Source: Escherichia phage HK639. Taken from it: 49,576 nt of DNA. This document shows, piece after piece, positions 42,856-49,576 of the stretch (its first letter is position 1; each line of letters starts with the position of its first letter). Below the pieces are notes generated by a model. It saw only the letters and a list, made by a program, of their open reading frames with translations, ran no database searches and was not told the origin of the DNA. The stretch is from the sequence record NC_016158.1; one strand, written 5' to 3'. Made by a program: the position numbers and the translations under genes.

Positions 42856-43022
42856 ACAGCCCTATCGCACGCGTCATCTCAAACGAAATCTTCCGCGTTC
42901 CGGCGCGCCGTCAGCGCAAGCCTGCGGTTAAGCCTTCCGACATCCCGACTTTCAAGGACTACACCGCCCGCCTGGTGGATCAGAAATGGCTGCGTCTCGC
43001 GGCACGGAGGAAACATGCGTAG
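42852..43022 (+). CDS. ninE: NinE-like protein (56 aa)
   Basis: Not in the track. PTFKDYTARLVDQKWLRLAARRK matches recalled lambda NinE [21 protein letters not shown]. ATGA overlap with ninB. Confidence 0.6.
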   Translation: MNSPIARVISNEIFRVPARRQRKPAVKPSDIPTFKDYTARLVDQKWLRLAARRKHA

Positions 43023-43299
43023 CACCTACCGCAATAAAAAATGGCTAGCCGCAGTCGGCCAGATTGAGCAATGCGTCCTGTGCGGAGCGTGGGGCGTGCA
43101 GGTGGCGCACCGCAACGAGGGTAAAGGTATCGGAATGAAAACAGACGACTGCGCCACCGCTGCTATCTGCGTCACCTGTCATTCAGAGATTGATAACGGG
43201 AAGGGGCTGAGCCGTGACGAGCGCCGCCAGTTAATGGATCGAGCCATTGTCTTAACCGTTATCCAGATCGCCCGTCGTGGCCTAGTGGTGCCCGCATGA
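43015..43299 (+). CDS. DUF1364 / YbcO-like Cys-His protein (putative nuclease)
   Basis: CVLCG...VAHRN...C..CH.EID pattern as in recalled YbcO. Confidence 0.6.
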   Translation: MRSTYRNKKWLAAVGQIEQCVLCGAWGVQVAHRNEGKGIGMKTDDCATAAICVTCHSEIDNGKGLSRDERRQLMDRAIVLTVIQIARRGLVVPA

Positions 43300-43655
43300 A
43301 TATTTACGATATCACTCCTGTCAGCAAGCCCCGTATGACACAACGAGATCGCTGGCATAAAAGACCTGCGACAGCGGCATATTGGGCTTTTAAAGCAGAA
43401 GTTAGCCTGCTTGGAATCAGCATTCCTGAATCCGGTTATCACATCACCTTCATCATTCCCATGCCAAAAAGCTGGAGCCAGAAGAAGCGTGCGCAACTTA
43501 ACGGCCAGGCTCATCAGCAGAAACCGGATAAAGACAACCTGGAAAAGGCGCTTCTCGATGCCATTTTCGACGACGACAGCCGCGTCTGGGATGGCCGGGT
43601 GACAAAACTTTGGGGAGAGAAGGGACAGATCATTATTGGGGAGTGCGCGCCGTGA
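43296..43655 (+). CDS. rusA: RusA-family Holliday junction resolvase
   Basis: KPDKDNLEKALLDAIFDDDSRVWD matches RusA [24 protein letters not shown]; nin position. Confidence 0.7.
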   Translation: MNIYDITPVSKPRMTQRDRWHKRPATAAYWAFKAEVSLLGISIPESGYHITFIIPMPKSWSQKKRAQLNGQAHQQKPDKDNLEKALLDAIFDDDSRVWDGRVTKLWGEKGQIIIGECAP

Positions 43656-43767
43656 CCAGAGACGAGATAACCCGGTACCAGGCCGAAAGCGTTAAGCGCG
43701 CCAACCTGCCGCCAGTAGCAAAGCACAGCCAGACCAAAACCAACCAGCCACATAAGGAAGCCGCATA

Positions 43768-44265
43768 ATGAAACTGGAATTAACCAACGACCAACATCAA
43801 TGGGTAGACCAGTGGCTCCAGTTGTGGGGCGCATGGTGCCAGACCGGCAAGATTGATAAAGCGATGATCAACATGATTGCCAGATTCATGGCTACCGTCG
43901 AGCCCCAGCAAGCATCACGGCCGGTATGTAGTGATGATGACGGAATGCTCATTGATGCTGTCATTCGCCACTACCTGAAGAATGTGGATGAAAATGCCTG
44001 GCGGGTTATCTTCGCCTACTATGTCTGCAACTCCAGCGAGATCCGAATTGCATCATGGCAGCATGCAGTAAGTAAGCCTCGCCTTATGAAGACGCGTGGC
44101 GGAAATCAGTACAAACACCCAAGCATCTCGACAATCCGTAGAGAGGTGAAGCAAATCATCAATGCTTCATTGTTCTGTTTATACCAACCGCTTCAAAATG
44201 CGTTTAACGATCGCGAAAATGTGAGGAAAGTTGCAAATAAATCACACAACGTGCTTGCAATTTAA
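43768..44265 (+). CDS. Q: Late antiterminator Q
   Basis: LQLWGAW...RPVCSDDDGMLIDAVI matches the phage-82-type Q pattern LERWGAW...RPQCCDDDAM; last gene before the late region. Confidence 0.8.
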   Translation: MKLELTNDQHQWVDQWLQLWGAWCQTGKIDKAMINMIARFMATVEPQQASRPVCSDDDGMLIDAVIRHYLKNVDENAWRVIFAYYVCNSSEIRIASWQHAVSKPRLMKTRGGNQYKHPSISTIRREVKQIINASLFCLYQPLQNAFNDRENVRKVANKSHNVLAI

Positions 44266-44330
44266 TGAACAAATGAGCAAACTAATTCGTATATGTTGCC
44301 ATTGTTGTGTGTAACATGAATAAATTCCAA

Positions 44331-44355
44331 GCCCCGCCATCGTGCGGGGCTTTTT
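44331..44355 (+). terminator. tR'-like intrinsic terminator downstream of Q
   Basis: GCCCCGC-CATCGT-GCGGGGC followed by TTTTT, about 65 nt after the Q stop. Confidence 0.8.
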
Positions 44356-44362
44356 CGTTTCA

Positions 44363-44437
44363 GGGTCAGAAGCACAGCGGTTGTGCGTTCGGCTGTTAAC
44401 CGAATGGTCGAAGGTTCGAATCCTTCCTGTCCCGCCA
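44363..44437 (+). tRNA. tRNA-Asn (GUU)
   Basis: Hand-folded cloverleaf: acceptor GGGTCAG/CTGTCCC (one T-T mismatch), D-arm GCAC-AGCGGTT-GTGC, anticodon arm TTCGG-CTGTTAA-CCGAA, T-arm GAAGG-TTCGAAT-CCTTC, G-CCA. A at position 8 is unusual. Confidence 0.75.
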
Positions 44438-44441
44438 ATTC

Positions 44442-44517
<76 letters not shown>

Positions 44518-44714
44518 GTTTAAGCTTTTCGGTCTGCGATGATGGGGTCCCCGGAGTGACTGAAAAGCGACCTAGTTTTGAATGGGCGCTGCTTTTTGCA
44601 AAATTGCTGTGTGAAAATGCTGACCTTTGGGTTCAGCGCTCATCCAAAAGCATCTCGTTAAAATCCAGTTAACCTCGGGTGGTTTGTTGGGTGAGGTGCC
44701 TCAAATTCAAATAG

Positions 44715-44736
44715 CCTCGCTTCGGCGAGGTTTTTT
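44715..44736 (+). terminator. Intrinsic terminator
   Basis: CCTCGC-TTCG-GCGAGG followed by TTTTTT. Confidence 0.75.
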
Positions 44737-44953
44737 CATTTGTAAGACAACCATCAGGAAGCAATGGCTAATCTCATTGACTGCAGGAATAAGTTCGGCG
44801 TAATTTATTTCTGTGGTGAATCCTTTCTAAGCGAAAGGGCGTTCCAGCCAACTGCTATCTGCAGGTATGCGCGCGACTTTGCTGGCTGGAGTAGAGTCAC
44901 CGGGAGGCACCCGGCACCATGACAACAACAATACAGTTTCAAATTCCTTGAGA

Positions 44954-44981
44954 GCCTGCCGTAAAAAGCAGGCCTTTTTTT
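44954..44981 (+). terminator. Intrinsic terminator
   Basis: GCCTGC-CGTAAAAA-GCAGGC followed by CTTTTTTT. Confidence 0.7.
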
Positions 44982-45137
44982 ATGAAATTGCGAACTGCTG
45001 CTACGCTTGAAAAGTGGGTTGAAGATAACTGCCTGATGGTTCTCCTGAACCATAGTGAATCAGCCTGATACTGTCTCACTCTGGTCAGTTAGCAAAACTC
45101 ACGACTACCTACCTTACTTACTAATAGTCACTCATTA

Positions 45138-45164
45138 GCCCGCCTTCAAAAGCGGGCTTTTTTT
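45138..45164 (+). terminator. Intrinsic terminator
   Basis: GCCCGC-CTTCAAAA-GCGGGC followed by TTTTTTT. Confidence 0.75.
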
Positions 45165-45216
45165 ATCTCCCCTCAATTTTTCTGAGAGGATTCGCAGCAA
45201 TAACAGAGGGGGCGTA

Positions 45217-45606
45217 ATGTCCGATCCATTAACCGGCACTGGTGCAGTTCTCGGGGGCGGCCTGTTGGGCTCAGTCCTGTACGGTGTCTTTACTCATACA
45301 GATTTCGGCGTGGTGTTTGGAGCGTTTGGTGGTGCGGTGTTTTACGTCGCGACAGCTGCAAACCTTACGCGTGCTCGCCTGGCTGCATATTTTCTGACTT
45401 CATTCATTGTTGGAGTGCTAGGCGCCGGGTTTGTTGGCTCATGGCTAAATGCTGCCTCGAGTTATGAAAAACCACTGGATGCACTCGGAGCAGTGATTCT
45501 GTCTGCGCTGTGTATAAAAATCCTAACTTTTCTTAATAACCAGGATTTGAACAGCCTGTTCGGCTTTTTCTCACGGTTACGCGGAGGAGGGGGGAATGGT
45601 AATTGA
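45217..45606 (+). CDS. Holin-like membrane protein
   Basis: 129 aa, 3-4 glycine-rich TM helices, first gene of the lysis cassette. Confidence 0.65.
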   Translation: MSDPLTGTGAVLGGGLLGSVLYGVFTHTDFGVVFGAFGGAVFYVATAANLTRARLAAYFLTSFIVGVLGAGFVGSWLNAASSYEKPLDALGAVILSALCIKILTFLNNQDLNSLFGFFSRLRGGGGNGN

Positions 45607-45874
45607 CCCGTCAGCTGTCTTTAATGCGTTTATCTGCTCGGTGATCGTCGTCGTTCTGATGTTCTACCAGCGCCATGGTGCCCGGCACCGTCCTTTCATC
45701 TCAATCCTGGCGTATATAACCATCCTGGTTTACGCCGTAATCCCGTGGCAATTCATCTTCGGCCTCTATCGTGACTCCAGTTGGCTGGTGGTGGTGGCAA
45801 ACCTCCTGATATGCGCAGCTGTTATGAAGGTCCGGGGAAATCTGGCGCGTCTGGTTGATCTTCTGAGGCACTAA
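45596..45874 (+). CDS. Second holin/antiholin-like membrane protein
   Basis: 92 aa, three hydrophobic helices, overlaps the neighbours. Confidence 0.6.
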   Translation: MVIDPSAVFNAFICSVIVVVLMFYQRHGARHRPFISILAYITILVYAVIPWQFIFGLYRDSSWLVVVANLLICAAVMKVRGNLARLVDLLRH

Positions 45875-46503
45875 TGAACCAAATACTATTTCAAAAGGCG
45901 GCAGGTATAAGCGCCGGTCTAGCCGTGCGCTGGTTTCACTATATCGATGCTGCAATGAAGGAATTCGGCATAACCGCGCCGCTCGATCAGGCCATGTTTA
46001 TCGCGCAGATGGGCCACGAGTCCGGCGGCTTCACCCGGCTGGTGGAAAACCTGAACTATTCGGCAGAAAACCTGGTATCTACGTTTGGCAAGCATCGCAT
46101 TACTGCACAGCAGGCCGCCGCACTCGGCAGAACGGCAACGCAACCGGCAAATCAAAAAGCGATAGCCAATCTGGTTTATGGCGGTGAGTGGGGCAAAAAG
46201 AACCTGGGCAACCAGGTTGCTGGTGATGGCTGGAAATATCGCGGTCGCGGCCTGAAGCAAATCACCGGGCTCAGCAATTACCGCAACTGTGGCCACGCGC
46301 TGAAGTTGGACCTTGTAACCCAGCCTGAATTGCTGGAACAGGATGAATATGCTGCGCGCTCCGCTGCATGGTTCTATGTCTCGCACGGATGCCTGCTCCA
46401 TTCCGGCGACGTGGAGCGCGTGACGCTGCTTATCAACGGCGGCCGTAACGGGCTGGAACAACGGCGCACCCTGTTTAACCTGGCGAAATCTGTGCTGGTG
46501 TGA
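45874..46503 (+). CDS. Endolysin, glycoside hydrolase family 19 (chitinase-like)
   Basis: MFIAQMGHESGGF and YRGRGLKQITGLSNY motifs. Confidence 0.85.
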   Translation: MNQILFQKAAGISAGLAVRWFHYIDAAMKEFGITAPLDQAMFIAQMGHESGGFTRLVENLNYSAENLVSTFGKHRITAQQAAALGRTATQPANQKAIANLVYGGEWGKKNLGNQVAGDGWKYRGRGLKQITGLSNYRNCGHALKLDLVTQPELLEQDEYAARSAAWFYVSHGCLLHSGDVERVTLLINGGRNGLEQRRTLFNLAKSVLV

Positions 46504-46510
46504 GGTCACT

Positions 46511-46786
46511 ATGGGGTTTGAAACTTTAATTGGTATTGCTGCAGCAGTCATTGCCGCCATCGCTGGCGCTTTCGGCCTGGGCCATATTCGCGGCTCAAGC
46601 AAAGCAGAAGCAAAAGCAGTTCAGCAGCGCACCGAAGATAACGCAGCTGCAACGGTCGCAGCAGCAGATCGCCGTGTAGAGACAACGAAAGAGGCCAGCA
46701 ATGTACAGCAAACTGTTAACCATATGTCTGGCGATGATGTTGATCGCGAGCTGCGCGAAAACTTCACCCGCCCCGGTGGTGATTGA
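46511..46786 (+). CDS. i-spanin (Rz-like)
   Basis: N-terminal TM (LIGIAAAVIAAIAGAFGLG), then a charged periplasmic part; the o-spanin ORF overlaps its 3' end. Confidence 0.6.
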   Translation: MGFETLIGIAAAVIAAIAGAFGLGHIRGSSKAEAKAVQQRTEDNAAATVAAADRRVETTKEASNVQQTVNHMSGDDVDRELRENFTRPGGD

Positions 46787-46928
46787 TACGGGCTGCCTGT
46801 GGACCCGGATTATCTATCTGACAAACCACGATATCGACGTTATGGACCGCCAGACGAAGAAAGACATCCTGGCGCATAACAAAGCGTGGCAGGCGAACTG
46901 TCAGAAACCAACAGAGAAAAAAATATGA
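46701..46928 (+). CDS. o-spanin lipoprotein (Rz1-like)
   Basis: Lipobox IAS-C18; starts inside the i-spanin gene in another frame. Confidence 0.6.
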   Translation: MYSKLLTICLAMMLIASCAKTSPAPVVIDTGCLWTRIIYLTNHDIDVMDRQTKKDILAHNKAWQANCQKPTEKKI

Positions 46929-47206
46929 GCGAAGCTAAACCGCAGGACGGCACTACCGTTAAAGGCTATCGAACCTTATCGCCTGGTGATATTGAGCGTA
47001 TGAATCGCCTGAAGGGTGTCAGCCGACACTTCTGTAATTTACATGATACAGAACGTGAGCATGTCAACGATGAGTTATCTGCTACCGGCAACCACTCAGC
47101 TGAAGCAAACGAAGCTGCCCGCTGTCTCGCTATTGCGCGCACCAAAATGCAGGAAGCCTGCATGTGGGCATGTCGTGCCGTAGCCCGTCCAGACGCTGAC
47201 TGTTAG
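46925..47206 (+). CDS. Acb2/Tad1-hairpin-like protein (candidate cyclic-oligonucleotide sponge)
   Basis: 93 aa from ATG 46925 (ATGA overlap). VKGYRTLSPGDIERMNRLK and AARCLAIARTKMQEACMWACRAVARP fit my recollection of the family pattern GYR.L...E...MN.IK ... RW.AIARTxLQxGFMw..RAva.P. Confidence 0.45.
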   Translation: MSEAKPQDGTTVKGYRTLSPGDIERMNRLKGVSRHFCNLHDTEREHVNDELSATGNHSAEANEAARCLAIARTKMQEACMWACRAVARPDADC

Positions 47207-47223
47207 CCAAAAAACAAACATAG

Positions 47224-47248
47224 AGCCTCGCAATAGCGGGGCTTTTTT
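47224..47248 (+). terminator. Intrinsic terminator
   Basis: AGCCTCGC-AATA-GCGGGGCT followed by TTTTT. Confidence 0.75.
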
Positions 47249-47378
47249 ATGCGCATCTCACGCGCATCTCAACGAGAGCCTTTCAGTAAGCGAGCCTGAG
47301 AAATGCCGTTATAGGTGGCGACCTCTCTCGGGCGGCTTTTCTGTGAGACAGGCTCACTTTCTAAAAGGTAAAGACGCT
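47243..47378 (+). promoter_or_regulatory. Structured leader, copy B (paralogue of 10022-10140)
   Basis: TTTTTTATGCGCATCTCAcGCGCATCTCAa, then CTTTCAG. Hairpin GCGAGCCTG (47290-47298) with CAGGCTCAC (47349-47357). Ends CTAAAAGG...ATGAATAA. Confidence 0.55.
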
Positions 47379-47903
47379 ATGAATAATCCGTCAGTTATTC
47401 CGGCCTTTGACTTCCGAGAAATGGTGCAAGCCAAAAACGGAGAGGTCGTTACCACATCCCGAAAAGTTGCCACGTACTTCGGAAAGCGACATGGTGATGT
47501 GCTCAGGAAAATCGAGCAGGTTAAGGCCGATTGCTCAAGTGAGTTTAGCCAACGCAATTTTGCGTCGGCCGATTATATCGATGAGCAGGGTAAGGTTCGC
47601 CCGATGTATAGCCTGACGAAAGATGGCTGGATCATGGTTGTGATGGGGTTCACCGGGAAAGCTGCTGCGGCTATCAAAGAAAGCTACATTTCAGCTTTCA
47701 ATTGGATGTCTGAGCAACTTAGCCGTCGCCTGGCCATGGGTGAAGAAATGCAGCACCGCTACGCCATCAAAGAAACGCGCTCAAAGTTGAAGGGCACGAT
47801 CGGCAGCCGGTTGATGAACGAGCGGAAGAAAGAGAAACGTGTTCTGGCTGTGGAGCATGAGCACATCATGCAGGTAACGCAGCCTGAATTGCTGATCGAA
47901 TAA
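47379..47903 (+). CDS. Rha-family phage regulatory protein (possible antirepressor)
   Basis: 174 aa from ATG 47379; TTSRKVATYFGKRHGDVLRKIEQV matches the Rha domain signature. Confidence 0.7.
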   Translation: MNNPSVIPAFDFREMVQAKNGEVVTTSRKVATYFGKRHGDVLRKIEQVKADCSSEFSQRNFASADYIDEQGKVRPMYSLTKDGWIMVVMGFTGKAAAAIKESYISAFNWMSEQLSRRLAMGEEMQHRYAIKETRSKLKGTIGSRLMNERKKEKRVLAVEHEHIMQVTQPELLIE

Positions 47904-48003
47904 GCCATTACAGAAGCTCCTTAATAGAGAAAACCAGAGCCATGAAATAGCATGGCCTATGCCGGTTTTATTTGAAATATTTATCATCGCTTGTGGTGCA
48001 ATT

Positions 48004-49029
48004 ATGAAAGGCTTATTTATCCCTGGTGTGACTGAGCTTGGCGCATCATCAGATAGTTTTCCATCCGGCATAGTTATTCCCGGTGCTAATGTTATGACGC
48101 TGCCGCCTGGCGAGTGGGTTGACCTTAGCGATATCGATCTTACCTCCTCTGCACTGGATTATCGGGTTTCGTTCAGCTGCGCAAGCAACCATGCATACTA
48201 CTCAGCTGACGGAACTATTCAGTTCGCTGCACCTGACGTATGGCCGCTTGAGTACCGAAATGGTGTGGCAGTTGGAAGGCATGAGCCTGAAGTGCAGGCG
48301 ACCAACACCTACTATACGGGGGGGGTAGGGGCAGTGCGTGCGGCAATAAGTAATTCCGCAGAAAGAATACTGAATACCCCGACATTCAGGCTTACAGAAT
48401 CTAATTTGGAAGGGCAACACTACGCTGCATGTCCGCAGAAAGTTACGGCGGGAAAGAAGTACAGCTTTAGCGGTTTTATTCAAAAAACAGAGAAGTCGAG
48501 AGGGTATGCATTTATCCTTTTAGCGCACCAATTGATTGTTGATGCGCAGATTTTATCTGTAATAAATATCTCTGATGCGTCAGTGTCATTCACCGGTATT
48601 TCTGATGGACTCACTACAACCGCAGAGTTTATCTCTCCCGGCGTAATACGGTTTTCCGGGACTGTTATTGCGACAAAATCCGTAGAGTCACCTTCCTATA
48701 TAATCTATATGGGGCCATCAACCAGTATCACACCCGGTGGCGCAACCTACGTTGGAGATTCATCATATTCTCTGGAGTTTGCAGCACTGCAGCTTGAAGA
48801 TAATCCCTGTTCAACATCACCAATCATTGCATCCAGCGCTGCTGCAACACGATCCAAGGCTTTTGCGAACATCAAGAACCCCAGCAGAATTGCAACCTCT
48901 GTGCGTTTGCACTATAGCGACGCAACGACCAAGCAAATCGATTTTGGCGGTGCAGAAGAGGTTGAAATACCAGCATCAACGACTGACTGGGGTAAGCGCT
49001 ACATCCAACGAATCGAGTACATAAGATAA
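48004..49029 (+). CDS. Lectin/jelly-roll-type virion-associated protein (fibre or head-spike-like)
   Basis: 341 aa. LQLEDNPCSTSPIIASSAAATRSKAF fits the QLE...TS.I.T...A.TR motif I associate with LamG-like fibre/spike domains. Confidence 0.45.
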   Translation: MKGLFIPGVTELGASSDSFPSGIVIPGANVMTLPPGEWVDLSDIDLTSSALDYRVSFSCASNHAYYSADGTIQFAAPDVWPLEYRNGVAVGRHEPEVQATNTYYTGGVGAVRAAISNSAERILNTPTFRLTESNLEGQHYAACPQKVTAGKKYSFSGFIQKTEKSRGYAFILLAHQLIVDAQILSVINISDASVSFTGISDGLTTTAEFISPGVIRFSGTVIATKSVESPSYIIYMGPSTSITPGGATYVGDSSYSLEFAALQLEDNPCSTSPIIASSAAATRSKAFANIKNPSRIATSVRLHYSDATTKQIDFGGAEEVEIPASTTDWGKRYIQRIEYIR

Positions 49030-49313
49030 TGAGCAGGCTGACATATTTACGATTCCCTGATGAGGCTACTGCGAGAGCAGCCACTGGTTGGTGGTCTGAG
49101 GGGGCTGGATGGGCAGTACCGACTAAGTCTATTCAGTTTTCTGTGCGGGGCGTTCTGTATAACAGTGACGGTGAATATGACGAGGCCGGAAATGTGATAA
49201 AGGAGCCGACCCTAAAGGACGGTTATCACATTGATGTTATCTATGGCCTCATACCTGAAGCTGCGCAGAAATTTATCATCAATCCATCAACACCTGAATA
49301 CGTACTGGCGTAG
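49029..49313 (+). CDS. Small conserved fibre-neighbourhood protein, unknown function
   Basis: 94 aa. The pattern LRFPDEATA...DGYHIDVIY...INPSTPEYVLA recurs next to fibre genes in other phages (recall only). Confidence 0.45.
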   Translation: MSRLTYLRFPDEATARAATGWWSEGAGWAVPTKSIQFSVRGVLYNSDGEYDEAGNVIKEPTLKDGYHIDVIYGLIPEAAQKFIINPSTPEYVLA

Positions 49314-49322
49314 GGGGGGCAC

Positions 49323-49559
49323 ATGGCAACAGAAAGAATGACAATCGGTAGTGAGCCAGTTCAGATAACTGACGGCACTAACAGCGCCCTAATTTCAGTT
49401 TTTGGCGGCTACCCTATCAGTTTTGCTGATTCAGATGTTGAGCCTGACAAATCAGTGGGCGACATCATCAGGGATAAGATGGTGGTAAACCCGCCATTAA
49501 AAGTTTGGCTGTGGTCTGATGGGCCAGGGCCTCATGAAGTTGCAGTAACCCGATGGTAG
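49323..49559 (+). CDS. Hypothetical protein
   Basis: 78 aa, SD GGGGGG, last complete ORF before the window end. Confidence 0.45.
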   Translation: MATERMTIGSEPVQITDGTNSALISVFGGYPISFADSDVEPDKSVGDIIRDKMVVNPPLKVWLWSDGPGPHEVAVTRW

Positions 49560-49576
49560 CCATGAGTGATACCACC

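Noticed and set aside
43652-43768. 38-aa GTG-initiated ORF between rusA and Q
   Set aside because: Fills the gap and overlaps both neighbours, but the evidence is only an open frame. Not reported as a feature.
44805-45053. 82-aa minus-strand ORF in the Q-holin gap
   Set aside because: No SD, Cys/Ser/Lys-rich odd composition, spans a plus-strand terminator. The region is treated as non-coding.
45919-46602. 227-aa minus-strand ORF
   Set aside because: Antisense to the GH19 endolysin, which has unambiguous catalytic motifs on the plus strand.

Overview
The window reads as one complete or near-complete temperate lambdoid siphovirus genome (about 49.6 kb) from an enterobacterial host. It is written in virion order, not as an integrated prophage, and no host flanks are visible.

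Gene order:
- Plus strand: small and large terminase, portal, F-like head protein, scaffold, P22-type coat, neck proteins, Ig-tagged tail tube, G/G-T chaperones with an A_AAA_AAC slip site, tape measure, lambda-like M-L-K-I-J tip genes, and fibre genes.
- attP follows, with a tRNA-Arg(UCU) 3' fragment as core flanked by TGTGTCA arm repeats.
- Minus strand: int, xis and the early-left operon (MT-A70 methylase, Gp157-like protein, RecT, many small ORFs).
- Immunity region: LexA-type cI, three ATAAC-N4-GTTAT operators, a YdaS-like Cro and a YdaT-like CII.
- Plus strand again: O-like and lambda-P-like replication genes, the nin region (NinB, NinE, DUF1364, RusA), Q, tRNA-Asn, holins, a GH19 endolysin, spanins, and a post-lysis block.

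Observations most worth follow-up:
1. A three-gene toxin / HTH antitoxin / SecB-like chaperone (TAC-type) cassette sits in the rexAB slot, between cI and a second operator cluster.
2. A YafO-family toxin is paired with an unrecognisable 190-aa upstream partner. Both lie in an AT-rich island, with a lipoprotein gene, inserted between the tape measure and gene M.
3. A structured leader of about 120-135 nt is duplicated 37 kb apart and shows compensatory base-pair changes. Each copy starts at a terminator U-run and precedes an unrelated cargo gene.
4. An SOS-boxed, pre-processed UmuD'-like (HumD-type) protein has lost its Ser/Lys dyad.
5. A tRNA-like element and iteron-like GTTTACC repeats lie around the OL-like operators.
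6. An Acb2/Tad1-like candidate sponge follows the spanins.
7. About 650 bp of the Q-holin gap lacks a convincing ORF and is punctuated by three terminators.

All family assignments come from reading the translations. No database search was run.
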